Shown here: piece by piece, positions 6,228 to 16,011 of the stretch
Numbering within the stretch: position 1 is the stretch's first letter
Layout of the letters: every line of letters begins with the position of its first letter
IMG/VR virus record: IMGVR_UViG_3300046787_000971
Location: 1 to 27,387 of that record
Source: a virus
Lineage: Duplodnaviria > Caudoviricetes
Reading direction: 5' to 3' (one strand)
DNA length: 27,387 nt
Notes under the pieces: model-generated
Seen by the model: only the letters and a program-made list of their open reading frames with translations
Told to the model about the DNA's origin: nothing
Database searches by the model: none
Translations under genes and position numbers: made by a program

Positions 6228-9200
6228 TCAATAAAGCTTGAGTGCCGTGTACCCGGCTGTGGGTGCCAATGCTTTGCTGGCGCATTGCACCTCACCGCCC
6301 ATCTTTCCGACAAAGAGCCTGCGCTCGGTGGCCGTCTGGCACACGCCCAGGCAGATCCGGTCGCTGACGTTCACGGGGTATGGCACCACGATCCGGTTGA
6401 AGAGCTGGTCCTCCAGGAAGAAGGAACCCGCCACCGCATCGAAGCCAACCAGCAAACTCACCCCTGATCCGGAGGCTGTCCAGATGACCGAGGTGGTGAT
6501 CTGGTTGGGGATGAACCAGAAGCTCACATGGAAGATGCCGGGGATGCTCACGGCCCAGGACACCCGGGTCGTGTCCTTGACCAGCACCCCGCTGCCGTAG
6601 CGCCCGTCGCCATAACTCACCCCAACGGCTTCTCCGCTTCCCGGACTGCCGTACCCAGACAGTGCCCCGTTGAGGCGCCAGCCATAGAGCTCTCCGGCCT
6701 GCAGCGCATCCTCACGCGCCATCTGAAACCGGGCCTCAATGCTCTTCAAAGCACCGTCATAAGTCCACTGCCGTTTGGCCGCATTGCTGCTCCAGACATA
6801 GTTCGCCGTTGACCAGGTCTCTCGGTCGTCCAAAGTGGCCCCGATGCTGGCCAGTAGCGTGTTCTGGGCCCGGTAGCTGGTGGGCAGATTCACCTCGAAG
6901 AGGTACTCCGACTGCGCCACACCGCTGTCCATGCGCAGCACATCCTCGCTGTTGACCGACTCGACTGAGGCAAAGTGCTTCACACCGGGGAACCGGGTAG
7001 CCTGTGCATCGATGGTGACCAGCAGGTTGGCGTTTTGCGGCTGGGCCACCACGGTAGAGACAAAGGTGGCCTCATCGGAATAGATGCCGGGCGATGCGAT
7101 CGCCTTGATCCAGAAACTGCGCTCACCATCAAAGCCCGAGGGCAGCGTGAAGCTGCTTGACTTGACCTCGGCAATGAAAATCGAGGTGTCCCAGGCCGTG
7201 CCTTCGCGCAGCTCGTAGGCCACCACCTCGGGCTCGGCATTGGGCAGCCACCGAAACTCCAGCCGGTTGGCAGACTGCACCACATCGAACTGTCGAACCG
7301 CAGCAGGTGCCAGCAGAGTCAAGAGAAAGGTGGTGACGTGCTGGCTGTACTTGCCCGAAGTGTCGAACGCCCGGATGAAGTAGTTGTACTGTCCCGATTC
7401 GCTTTGATCATGCACAAGCTGGGTGCCAGCGGTCTGCCCAACCAGAGTGCCCGCATCCCAGCCCGTGCCTACGCGAACCTCGTACCCGGCCAAGTCGGCA
7501 TCGGTGTTGGCGCTCCAGCTCAGCATCAAATCGGTCGTGCGGCGCAGGACCACAAAGTCCTGCACATCGTCCGGGGGCTGCAGCTTGCCCAGGATGGCCT
7601 GGCTCAGGGTGGCCGAGGCTCCGAGCTTGCCGGACACTCCCACCGCCCTCACCGTGAACACATAGTCCCCAGCCTCGGCGTTGCGGATCTCTAGGTAGGA
7701 GCTCGAGACCCGGGGCAAGGTGACAGTGTTGCCGCCATTGACCCGGTAGCTCACCTGGTACTCCAGCGCGCCGAAGACCTGCTCCCAGCCCACCTGGATG
7801 AGCACGAGGGCCTGGTCCTTGACTCGGTACAGGCTCTCGGTGACCACCAAGCCCGTGGGCGCTGCAGGCGTGCTCGAAAGCACTGTGATGTCTCGCGGCT
7901 GCAGGGCCAGACCCTGCTCGATCGCACCGTACTTGTCAGGGTTGTGGGCCAACGCCGTCACTTCGTGGATGCCAGGCTCGCTCTCGGCAACCTGAACCAC
8001 CCTGAACAGTTGGACTTCCACCTGCGTGGAGGCTAGCACCCAGATGGCACCCGCCTGAGGCGCTGTGGAAAATGCGCTGGTCACACCAACCGTGCGTCCA
8101 GAGAGGGATCCGACTTGGCGTTCCTCCACCGCACCCGTGGGCAGCAGCACAGAGATGCGCCACGAACCGGCGGGAAGGTCCTGATCCAGCGTGACGCTCA
8201 CCGTGGTTGCCGCAGCGATGCGTCCACCCAAGCGTAGGCCACCCCGGCTGCTGTCTGCAACCTTGATGACATCGCCGGGACGAACAACAGCGCCTTCCAG
8301 CCCTGTGCGGAAAGTGATGATTTCCGATTCGGATTGCTCGGAATACAGCAGCCACTTGCCCACCCGGTTGGCCTGGCCACGTGACGTGCATCCCATGGCC
8401 ACCACATCGGCCTGGACCACGCCGTAGCGGGCAATCCCTGCCATGTCCTCGACGTATTCCACCTTCTGGCGGTAGAAATCATCCGGATCCACCCAGCTGA
8501 CCAGGGCCACGGTGTGCCTAGCCTTGGCGGACGATCCTTGATAGGCGAACTCGCCACCGATGACATTGGCAGCCGTGAACTGGTAAACGGGATCCTGGGG
8601 CGCATCCTGAGTGACCGTGATTGCTCCGCCAGACCAGTAGGCCATGCCCCGAAAGATTGAGGCCATATCCTGCACCACCTTGTAGGCTTGCTCGCGGCTT
8701 TGCAGGTACAGGTTGCAGGTGAAGCGCGGCTCATAGCCGCCCAGTCCGTTGGGGACCAGTTCGTCGCAGTAACGGGCCACCCGGTACAGGGCCCACTTGT
8801 CCACCTGCGACTCGGGGATGAAGCTGCCCAGCCCGTAGCGGGTGCTGGTCACCAGGTCATAGAAACACCAAGCTGGGTTGTCCGTCCAGGCCACCTTGAA
8901 GGTTCCGTCCCAAACCCCGGCATACGAGCGGGTCTCGGGAAAGTAGTTCGAGGGAATCCGGACGCGCAGGAGTTTGAGGTCATAGCTGCGCCGAGGAATT
9001 GAGGTGAATTGAGAGGCATCCACCCGCAGTGCCATCAGGGCGCTGTTGGGGTAGCGCAGCTTGCTCTCGATGACCTCGGTGTAGGACTCCAGAAACGTCT
9101 TGTTCTGTAGGCTGGTCTGGGTCGAATCGGCAGTGATGCGGCGCAGGCGCACATCCCAGGGACCGGTGCCGGTTAAAGGGATGTAGTAGCTGCGCTGGTA

Positions 9201-9737
9201 GCGTGAGGTGGTTTTGCCCGAGACCGTGTCAGCCAGAATCTGGACATACCCGGCTCCGCGCGCCTGCACGTCGATCGCGTAGCTGACCGAGGTTCCGTTG
9301 AAGTCTCCATTGGTGGTGTCTTGCAGCGTCAGGGTCGGGATGCTGACCTTGATGCGCACGGCATCCACGTCCAGATCGTTGATGGTTCGCACCACAGGCT
9401 GGTTGGCCTTGCACTCCACGCCCACGGCCACCTCGTTTTCTACTGAGGAGAAGCCAGGGATGTAGCTTTGCTGCTGGGTGCCAGGCCGTGTTTCGAGCGT
9501 GACGCCGGTGAAGTTGTAGCTGCCGTCAGGGTTCTTGATGGGGGTGTCATCCAGGTACACCGACTGCAGGCCAGCGGCCAGCCCTTCGATTTCCCCCTCG
9601 CAGACCAGGTCCACCACCCGGGCATAAGCCTTGGAGCGCAGGCTGTCCGGCGCTTCCTGCGCCACACGGGCGCTGCCGCCTCCACCCTTGCCGCCACCGC
9701 CTGCGCCAATGATCAATCCAGACTCAGGAGGGTTCAT
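6228..9737 (-). CDS. J: Tail tip / host-specificity protein J (lambda gpJ-like) with FN3 repeats
   Basis: GAGGGGKGGG start, DLVCEGEIEG, WTDNPAWCFYD, EPRFTCN and GCTSRGQANRVGKW motifs. Three FN3-like units and a LamG-like C-terminal segment. Confidence 0.92.
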   Translation of the reverse strand: MNPPESGLIIGAGGGGKGGGGSARVAQEAPDSLRSKAYARVVDLVCEGEIEGLAAGLQSVYLDDTPIKNPDGSYNFTGVTLETRPGTQQQSYIPGFSSVENEVAVGVECKANQPVVRTINDLDVDAVRIKVSIPTLTLQDTTNGDFNGTSVSYAIDVQARGAGYVQILADTVSGKTTSRYQRSYYIPLTGTGPWDVRLRRITADSTQTSLQNKTFLESYTEVIESKLRYPNSALMALRVDASQFTSIPRRSYDLKLLRVRIPSNYFPETRSYAGVWDGTFKVAWTDNPAWCFYDLVTSTRYGLGSFIPESQVDKWALYRVARYCDELVPNGLGGYEPRFTCNLYLQSREQAYKVVQDMASIFRGMAYWSGGAITVTQDAPQDPVYQFTAANVIGGEFAYQGSSAKARHTVALVSWVDPDDFYRQKVEYVEDMAGIARYGVVQADVVAMGCTSRGQANRVGKWLLYSEQSESEIITFRTGLEGAVVRPGDVIKVADSSRGGLRLGGRIAAATTVSVTLDQDLPAGSWRISVLLPTGAVEERQVGSLSGRTVGVTSAFSTAPQAGAIWVLASTQVEVQLFRVVQVAESEPGIHEVTALAHNPDKYGAIEQGLALQPRDITVLSSTPAAPTGLVVTESLYRVKDQALVLIQVGWEQVFGALEYQVSYRVNGGNTVTLPRVSSSYLEIRNAEAGDYVFTVRAVGVSGKLGASATLSQAILGKLQPPDDVQDFVVLRRTTDLMLSWSANTDADLAGYEVRVGTGWDAGTLVGQTAGTQLVHDQSESGQYNYFIRAFDTSGKYSQHVTTFLLTLLAPAAVRQFDVVQSANRLEFRWLPNAEPEVVAYELREGTAWDTSIFIAEVKSSSFTLPSGFDGERSFWIKAIASPGIYSDEATFVSTVVAQPQNANLLVTIDAQATRFPGVKHFASVESVNSEDVLRMDSGVAQSEYLFEVNLPTSYRAQNTLLASIGATLDDRETWSTANYVWSSNAAKRQWTYDGALKSIEARFQMAREDALQAGELYGWRLNGALSGYGSPGSGEAVGVSYGDGRYGSGVLVKDTTRVSWAVSIPGIFHVSFWFIPNQITTSVIWTASGSGVSLLVGFDAVAGSFFLEDQLFNRIVVPYPVNVSDRICLGVCQTATERRLFVGKMGGEVQCASKALAPTAGYTALKLY

Positions 9738-10339
9738 ACTGCGGTCTCGTCCACATCAATCCCCGCGCTGATCACGGCCGAACCGACGATGAGGCGGCCG
9801 TAACCCACGGGCACGGGATGGCCCTGCGCCGTGGTGTTGACCGCCCCGTTGAAGACATAACTGGGCTGGTTCTCAGGTCGCTCGGACGGGTCCTGCGCCT
9901 TGGCCGTTGGAGCAATCATCTGGGCCACACCGCCCAAAATCATGGAAGTGCCCACTGAATACAGGGTGGCTTGCGACAGAAACGACCCTGCCGCCGCCCA
10001 GCCCATTGGGTTCCACCAGGACACGGCGATCAGCGCAGCACCCAAAAGAATCTGGCCCAAGCCATTGCCCCCGGCACCGGACACGACCGGGGCAATGGTG
10101 ATGCGCTGCTGGCCACTGGGCTCGTGTAACCGGTCCAGGGTCAAAGCATCACGCCCGGCCAGTACCCGGTAGCCCACCCCGCGCTCACCCGAGGCCACCA
10201 GCTCACGCTCGAAACTGGAGAAGTTGGCGCACAGGGCGCGCACAGCCTCAGCGGCTGACACGACTGCCATCTTGTGGCGGCGCCCGAAGCGCTTGCCCAG
10301 TTCACCGAGAAGAAGGATCGTGACCATGCTGGTATTCAT
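9734..10339 (-). CDS. I: Tail assembly protein I (lambda gpI-like)
   Basis: LLGELGKRFGR, AEAVRALCAN, PVVSGAGG and NTTAQGHPVPVGYG motifs. True start may be the second Met (10327). Confidence 0.9.
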   Translation of the reverse strand: MNTSMVTILLLGELGKRFGRRHKMAVVSAAEAVRALCANFSSFERELVASGERGVGYRVLAGRDALTLDRLHEPSGQQRITIAPVVSGAGGNGLGQILLGAALIAVSWWNPMGWAAAGSFLSQATLYSVGTSMILGGVAQMIAPTAKAQDPSERPENQPSYVFNGAVNTTAQGHPVPVGYGRLIVGSAVISAGIDVDETAV

Positions 10340-11030
10340 GCCTCAGGGTGTGGGTGGTGATCTTTTGCCAGTAGCCGCCATAGACATCGCGACTGGAAAG
10401 CCTGCCCTGCAGGTGGTGCAAGATGAGTCCGTCGCCCAGGTAAATGGCAGCGTGATTCGGTACTGGCGATGCGACCTGCATCAGCAGGACGTCTCCCGGG
10501 TTCATGTCGGAGGCCTCCACCACATGGAAGCCTGCGCCAGCGAAGTTGTCCAGGTACAGGTTCCCTCCGCGCTTCCACCAATCGTCAAAGCGTGCGAAAT
10601 TTGGCAGGTCAATGCCGCGCTCCTGGGCGTACCAGTCCCGGATCAGCGAGTAGCAGTCGAGCACACCATGGGACCATTCGCGCCCGACCAGCGGGGCGAG
10701 ATAGCCTTGCGGCTGCAACTCGGTCCAGTGCCCGGCCGGGAAACTCACGATAAACCAGGGCAGCGCCGTGACTTCGCAAGCCACCCGGTCGGCCTGGCTG
10801 GGCTCAGGGCTCAAGTTGGGGTGGGAATGAAACACCCCCACGATCTCGCCAAGCTGATCGGCGCGCACATAGTCCTCGGGGTGGATCACGAACTGGTCGG
10901 TACCCACGCCGATGTTGCGACACGGGACATAGGTCTCCCGGCCCTTGTGAATGACGAGCAGGCCACAGGCCTCGCGGGGAAACTCCCGAGCAGAATGGGC
11001 CAGTGCCAGCGTCTGGTTGGTCTCGAGCAT
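10302..11030 (-). CDS. K: Tail assembly protein K (JAB/MPN + NlpC/P60)
   Basis: PREACG, HSHP...PSQAD (JAB) and DCYSL...NHAAIYLG...LHH (NlpC/P60). Start set at 11030 by TGATG coupling with L. Confidence 0.92.
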   Translation of the reverse strand: MLETNQTLALAHSAREFPREACGLLVIHKGRETYVPCRNIGVGTDQFVIHPEDYVRADQLGEIVGVFHSHPNLSPEPSQADRVACEVTALPWFIVSFPAGHWTELQPQGYLAPLVGREWSHGVLDCYSLIRDWYAQERGIDLPNFARFDDWWKRGGNLYLDNFAGAGFHVVEASDMNPGDVLLMQVASPVPNHAAIYLGDGLILHHLQGRLSSRDVYGGYWQKITTHTLRHEYQHGHDPSSR

Positions 11031-11734
11031 CACCGGATCAACCCCGCTGCAGGAAACCCGCCAAAGGGCAGCTCGGCGTTCGCCCCGAAGCGCTTCTGAC
11101 AGGACACCAGACGTTTGCCACAAGCATCTTGCGCTCGGGAGCTCACGGCTTCGTCATTGGCATTGAAGTAAGTAGTGCCGGTGTAACCACATTCAGAGCC
11201 ACGGTAGAGCCAGGGGCAGACGTTTTGCACGATCTGCCGCCGGGGCAGAGACACCCCTTCCAGATCAAAGGCAGCGGCCAACTCGAACTCGACCACATCC
11301 CGGGTTTCACGCGACTTGCGATCAATGAAATACACATCATCAGCAAACTCGGCTGAAGGATCGGCCGTGGGGTTGGCACCTGAGGCGAAGTTCACCGCGT
11401 CCAGGTATTTGAGGAGCGTGCGCTTTCTGGTGACTTTGGCCCCCACCAGGTCCTGGTAGGACAGGATGAGCGCGGTGATGCTGCCTGTGACGTTGGCCAC
11501 CTTGAGTTTGGGGCGCGGCACCTGACCGTTGCCGTTGAACTCGAAGCCTTCGGCCTGGATGGGGAATGGTTCATACGTGTTGCCCTGCCAGACCACCTGA
11601 CGACGCAGCTCATTGGTGCCCGCGTGAAACCGAACCACCCCCTCGTTGAAGAGAGACAGGTCCAGCACAAAGAGCTCGATGACCGCGCTCGGGGCCAGCT
11701 TCTGAATTTCTGAGGTGATCGCTTGGCTGGTCAT
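11030..11734 (-). CDS. L: Minor tail protein L (lambda gpL-like)
   Basis: RKRTLLKYLDAVNF, C.W.YRGSECGY, D.CGKRL.SC..RFG and PFGGFP; four C-terminal Cys as in the gpL Fe-S site. Confidence 0.93.
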   Translation of the reverse strand: MTSQAITSEIQKLAPSAVIELFVLDLSLFNEGVVRFHAGTNELRRQVVWQGNTYEPFPIQAEGFEFNGNGQVPRPKLKVANVTGSITALILSYQDLVGAKVTRKRTLLKYLDAVNFASGANPTADPSAEFADDVYFIDRKSRETRDVVEFELAAAFDLEGVSLPRRQIVQNVCPWLYRGSECGYTGTTYFNANDEAVSSRAQDACGKRLVSCQKRFGANAELPFGGFPAAGLIR

Positions 11735-12069
11735 GACAGATCAAACACCTGCCTGAAGGTGGCGTGGATGTTTTCCAGATTGGGTTCTTCGATGCTTCGG
11801 CCCCATTCCTCACAGAGAAACTTGCCTGAAATGCCGCTCGGGGTGGTCCAGTCAAAGGACTGCACCGCGCCCCGTGCTCGCAAAAAGTTGTCGATCGCAG
11901 CAGCCTCTACCGTGGACTTGCCTCGGAACTCGAGCGACCAGACCTCCGGCTGCGTGTTGATGCCGTAGGCCAGACGCTGCTCGTAGCCATCTCCAAAGGA
12001 GACTTTGCGGACATTGGGTTTGACGGTGAGGGATGCCCCGATTGAGGCGATCCATGTAAATGTCGCCAT
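11731..12069 (-). CDS. M: Minor (distal) tail protein M (lambda gpM-like)
   Basis: FGDGYEQR...GIN, FL.ARGAVQSFDWTTP and ATFRQVF motifs. Confidence 0.92.
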   Translation of the reverse strand: MATFTWIASIGASLTVKPNVRKVSFGDGYEQRLAYGINTQPEVWSLEFRGKSTVEAAAIDNFLRARGAVQSFDWTTPSGISGKFLCEEWGRSIEEPNLENIHATFRQVFDLS

Positions 12070-12087
12070 GAAAAATCCTTCAACACA

Positions 12088-14532
12088 TCACTGCCGACGC
12101 GGATCCAGCAGACCACCCGCACGCTTTTGGTTGAGCAACTCCTGGCGCACCGCGCTGGAAATCGCCCGGCCCAGGTCTTTACCCTGACCGGCACTGCTGG
12201 TCACTCCCCCCTCGGCCACATTGACTGAGATGTTGAAAACGTCCCCGCCTCCGGAGGAGGACTGGCTCATGGTCACGGGGATCGAACGGCCATCTGGCAA
12301 CGGCACATAGGCTTCAGCCATTGATCCCTCACCAAAGACCGCCAACTGCGGCGTGGTGGCCACCCCACCACTGGCGTATGCCCGCAGCGGTAAGGGACCG
12401 GTCGAGGTCATGACTCCGCCGTCGGCAAATCCAAACAGGCTTCCGAGCGCCTTGGCCATGGGCAGCGTGACCGCACGCTGGATCTGGATGCGGATCAGGT
12501 CCGAGATGATGGAGGTGGCCAACGACTTGAAGTCCAGCTTTCCGGTCATCACGAATTTGGTGAGGGCATCGGTCATGCCGTTGAAGGCCTTAGTCGTCAC
12601 AGCCTCCATCTGCTTGCCCACCTGCTCGGTCTCTTCACCGAGGGTACGTAGCGCTTTGGCGAACCCGGCGCCTGGGTCTGACAACTCCAGCGCCCGTTGA
12701 CCGAGTAGCTTCGCGCCATCGGCCGCCTGACGGGCAGCTTCTTCGATGCGTCGGAAGGATTCGGCCAACTTGTCATTGCCCGGGGTGGCCTCCACCAATT
12801 CCCGGGCCTTTGCCGCGAAATCGGCCAGTTCATCCGCACTGGATTTGCGCGCAGCGGACAGTCGTCGCAGGGCATCGATCTCGCTGATCGAGCCGGTCTC
12901 GCGCAGGACCTTGATCTGCTCTTCGGTCGAGCGCAACTGGCCCTGGCTTCTGGCCACCTGCTCCTGCAGGTCCTTGAGCGTTTCGCCGGGCAGCTTGATC
13001 TCGCGCTCGAGGTTCGACTGCTGCGCCTCGCGCTCGAGCTTTTCCCGGCGCAGAGTGATCTCCGAGAGCTTGTCCTGGAGCTTCAATTTGTCCTGGGTGG
13101 TCTTGGCCACAGTTGCCAAGCCCCGTTTCAGGATCGATTCTTCCTGCGCATACAACTCGCCAAGACGGTCCGTGAATTCCTGCTGAGCGTTCAGCCGTGC
13201 CTCGCTGGCTTCCTTGTAGCTGATGTAGCCCTGCCCCTCGTACAAATCGATGATCTTTTGCCGGTCCTTCAGGAGGCCCGTCTCGACATCCGTCAGCCCT
13301 TGCAGCTGCTTGATGTCACTCTCGATCTTGGCCATGGCCGCAGCAGTGAGCGCGCCCGTGGCCGAGTTGTAGTTCAACTTAGGCTTGGCCGCCTCACCTG
13401 CCGCCTCGGTCTCGCCCCGGTTGATGGCATCAAAGCGCTCCTTGACCGCGTCGGCCAGGAGCGGCATCTTCCACAAGTCAACGTAGGTCTGGTTGGCCTT
13501 CTCAACGATCGCATTGCGTTTTTCCAGTGCGGTCTTGAGGGTGGCCTGGTTCTCTTCGGAAAACGGGATCAGACCCTTGCCACCGGCCAAAAAGGTGCCG
13601 AGCAACTCGATGTCGGCCCAGACCGCCTCGAAGCTGCCCATGACCGCCTTGGCCATCTGGATCACACCGCGCAGCGCATCAATCACGATGGCAATGCCGT
13701 AGGCCGTGTCCTGCGCCCAGGTCTTGAGCGTGCCGTCATCACGCAGCTTGACCATGGCTTCTGCCGTGTTGTGCGTGCCCAGCATCACGGCCTTGAGCTC
13801 ACCCACAAGTTCTTCCAGCGCTGGCAGCGCCGCCGTCACGATGGTTTGGGCCACGAAGTTGTGCTCGGCCCGCATCCGGCCCATGGCCTTGGAGGCTTTT
13901 TCGGCCGACTCGATTTCTGCTTCGGTCAGCCGAATGTTCAGATCCTGGTTCGCGGCCAGGTCCTTGAGGAAGGGCAGCAAGCCTGCACCGGACTTGCCGA
14001 AGAGTTCTAGCGCAATGGCCGTCTTGCCCGCCCCGTCCTCGAAGTTCGAGAGCTTGAGGGCAATGTCATTCATGACCTCAGCCGGATCACGCAGGTTGCC
14101 CCCTGCATCCTTGGCCTTGATGCCCAGAAACTGCAGGGCCTGTGAGGCCCCCTTGGTTTCATCATCGACTCCTGCCAGCCCTTTGGAGAGCTTGGTCAGA
14201 CCCACCCCGATCTGCTCCATGGCCACACCTGAAATGGTGGCCACCGGTGCAAAACCGGACAGCGCCGTGGCGCTCGCTCCGGTCTGCTCGGCCAGGTCCT
14301 GCAGGGCGGCCACAGTTTCGAGCGTGTGCATGACCAGCTCTTTGAGCGCCCCCACCGATTCCACGCCAATGGCGATGGCAAAGGTGGTCTTGGCGACTTC
14401 GGCCACCTTCTCCAGGGAGCCACGCATGGATTCAGCGTGACGCTCCAACAGCAGCGCACTCTTGCCTAAATCCTCCCGGAAATCGGCCGTTTCCGCTGCG
14501 AGTTTAATCACCAGGGAGCCGATATCAGCCAT
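12088..14532 (-). CDS. Tail tape measure protein (lambda family C-terminus)
   Basis: 814-aa Ala/Leu/Glu-rich helical protein. Start IGSLVIKL; C-terminal TGKLDFKSLATSIISDL, FADGG, GE...EAYVPL and KRAGGLL. Lies between the chaperones and M. Confidence 0.93.
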   Translation of the reverse strand: MADIGSLVIKLAAETADFREDLGKSALLLERHAESMRGSLEKVAEVAKTTFAIAIGVESVGALKELVMHTLETVAALQDLAEQTGASATALSGFAPVATISGVAMEQIGVGLTKLSKGLAGVDDETKGASQALQFLGIKAKDAGGNLRDPAEVMNDIALKLSNFEDGAGKTAIALELFGKSGAGLLPFLKDLAANQDLNIRLTEAEIESAEKASKAMGRMRAEHNFVAQTIVTAALPALEELVGELKAVMLGTHNTAEAMVKLRDDGTLKTWAQDTAYGIAIVIDALRGVIQMAKAVMGSFEAVWADIELLGTFLAGGKGLIPFSEENQATLKTALEKRNAIVEKANQTYVDLWKMPLLADAVKERFDAINRGETEAAGEAAKPKLNYNSATGALTAAAMAKIESDIKQLQGLTDVETGLLKDRQKIIDLYEGQGYISYKEASEARLNAQQEFTDRLGELYAQEESILKRGLATVAKTTQDKLKLQDKLSEITLRREKLEREAQQSNLEREIKLPGETLKDLQEQVARSQGQLRSTEEQIKVLRETGSISEIDALRRLSAARKSSADELADFAAKARELVEATPGNDKLAESFRRIEEAARQAADGAKLLGQRALELSDPGAGFAKALRTLGEETEQVGKQMEAVTTKAFNGMTDALTKFVMTGKLDFKSLATSIISDLIRIQIQRAVTLPMAKALGSLFGFADGGVMTSTGPLPLRAYASGGVATTPQLAVFGEGSMAEAYVPLPDGRSIPVTMSQSSSGGGDVFNISVNVAEGGVTSSAGQGKDLGRAISSAVRQELLNQKRAGGLLDPRRQ

Positions 14533-14546
14533 GTTGCTTGCCTACG

Positions 14547-14855
14547 TTATGCGCGAACTTTGTGCGCGAACATGGCCTTGAAACGGGCCACATTGAGCTG
14601 GGTTTCATCTTGGGGTTGGGTAGCCTGGGGTTTGTCCAGGAAGGGCATGAAGTCCTCTGGCTTGAACGGACCCGCATCCTTGGCCCGGTGGGCGTTGGCA
14701 AAGGTGGAGGCCACCACACCGGACCTGTAATCAGCCCGATAGTCCCCAAAGGGCTCGAGCTGGTAGTACGCCATCCACTCGGTCAGCTCGTCCGAGCCCA
14801 TCGATGCAAGCATCTCGCGCACCGGCAGGCCCAAAGCCAGCGCCAGCCGGAACAC
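14547..14855 (-). CDS. Tail assembly chaperone gpT-like (C-terminal part of the G-T frameshift product)
   Basis: LALALG..V.E....M.S.EL.EW.AYY..EPFG motif. Lies in the -1 frame relative to G and is open back to the slippery site. Confidence 0.85.
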   Translation of the reverse strand: MFRLALALGLPVREMLASMGSDELTEWMAYYQLEPFGDYRADYRSGVVASTFANAHRAKDAGPFKPEDFMPFLDKPQATQPQDETQLNVARFKAMFAHKVRA

Positions 14856-14878
14856 AAAGCGCCGCGAGGGATGGGCGA

Positions 14879-15217
14879 TCAGTCGTTTTTTGCAGCGTCC
14901 ACCTGATCGGCGCCAATGCCGTTCAAGCGCTGGGACACAGCAAACACCCGGTCCAGTGCCTTGGCACTTTTGCCGCCGAGAGCTGCGATGTCACCATCGC
15001 TGAAAAGGCGACTGCCGCTCTCGTCGCACAGGGTGAGCGAGACCAGGCGGGCACGGACGTTCTCAAGGCGACCCTCTTTGCCAATCAAGCTGGCCTCAAA
15101 GGCGTCGCGGTCGGTACCGGTCATGGTGCGAACCTGCACCTCACCGCCCCACTCAGGGACTTGGACAGTTTCACGGGGCAGATCGTCACTCTGCAGGATT
15201 TGTTCACGGGTCAACAT
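14879..15217 (-). CDS. Tail assembly chaperone gpG-like
   Basis: LTREQIL...D...V.VPEWGGEV.VR.M...RD.FE motif; ends AAKND* over a slippery heptamer. Confidence 0.88.
   Translation of the reverse strand: MLTREQILQSDDLPRETVQVPEWGGEVQVRTMTGTDRDAFEASLIGKEGRLENVRARLVSLTLCDESGSRLFSDGDIAALGGKSAKALDRVFAVSQRLNGIGADQVDAAKND
14885..14891 (-). promoter_or_regulatory. Programmed -1 ribosomal frameshift site A_AAA_AAC
   Basis: GCA AAA AAC GAC TGA; a -1 shift reads ...AKKRLIAHPSRRFVFRLALALG, joining the downstream ORF. Confidence 0.85.
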
Positions 15218-15231
15218 GGGGATATCTCTCT

Positions 15232-15642
15232 TTAAGCTTCGGTGATGTCGCCATCGATTTCGATGGTCACGGAGGCCTGCACCACCGCGTCCACACCGCC
15301 TTGAACGCTGAAGTGCGTGACATAGCCGTAGAAGGTCCAGGTGGCAGGGTTGGTGTCGGTAAATGTGATCTTGAACTGGCGACGCACGCGGTTGGCGCGG
15401 TCGGTTCTCAGGCCCTGATGGACCAGATCGTCGGGGTTGTAGTGCAGGGTCAGAGACAACTGACCCTCGTCACGCAGGCCCACGCGCTTTTCCTTAGCGG
15501 TGGAGGCCAGGTTGGTGACGTCGATCACGGCGGCCTGCCCGCCAGGCCCCTGAAACGAGACCACGTTGGGGATGGTTTCAAAGGCGGTGGTGCCAAACCG
15601 GGCAATGGCAATGCCTTGCGCGGTAATTGCGGTGCTGCTCAT
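15232..15642 (-). CDS. Major tail (tube) protein
   Basis: IDVTNLAS.AKE...GL.D.G..S..L.Y.P motif and F.GYV..F...GGVD; position between tail terminator and chaperones. Confidence 0.85.
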   Translation of the reverse strand: MSSTAITAQGIAIARFGTTAFETIPNVVSFQGPGGQAAVIDVTNLASTAKEKRVGLRDEGQLSLTLHYNPDDLVHQGLRTDRANRVRRQFKITFTDTNPATWTFYGYVTHFSVQGGVDAVVQASVTIEIDGDITEA

Positions 15643-15658
15643 GCATATGCTCCTTGTT

Positions 15659-16009
15659 TTACGGTGACCCCACCGGCCGGTGGTAGGTGTAGTCCACGCT
15701 CACCCGGTACAGCCGGGCCTGATCTTCAAATTCGGACAGCCCCATGCGCACATCTGCGACGGTGCTCTTGTCTGCCAGCAACGCAGCCAGGACTTGGTCT
15801 TGCAGGTGCAAGGCCTCCTGGTACGTTCTGGCATAGGTGTCGACCTGCACGCGCACGCGCTGCAAGCCATGCGGCCCATCAATGCCGAAGATGTGCTCCT
15901 GCACGATGGGCGTGTAGACGATGGCTGGGTACTGGGTGTTTTCTGCAGCGACAAGCGCGTAGACCTCACCACCGGCCAAATCCTTGATGGCATCAAAGAA
16001 GTCCTGCAT
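15659..16009 (-). CDS. Tail terminator/completion protein (DUF3168-like)
   Basis: YPAIVY, RVQVDTYA.TY..A and LYRVSVDY motifs; synteny. Confidence 0.8.
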   Translation of the reverse strand: MQDFFDAIKDLAGGEVYALVAAENTQYPAIVYTPIVQEHIFGIDGPHGLQRVRVQVDTYARTYQEALHLQDQVLAALLADKSTVADVRMGLSEFEDQARLYRVSVDYTYHRPVGSP

Positions 16010-16011
16010 GG

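Noticed and set aside
11031-11123. Longer start for tail protein K
   Set aside because: Overlaps the conserved C-terminus of L; TGATG coupling at 11030 gives the typical K start.
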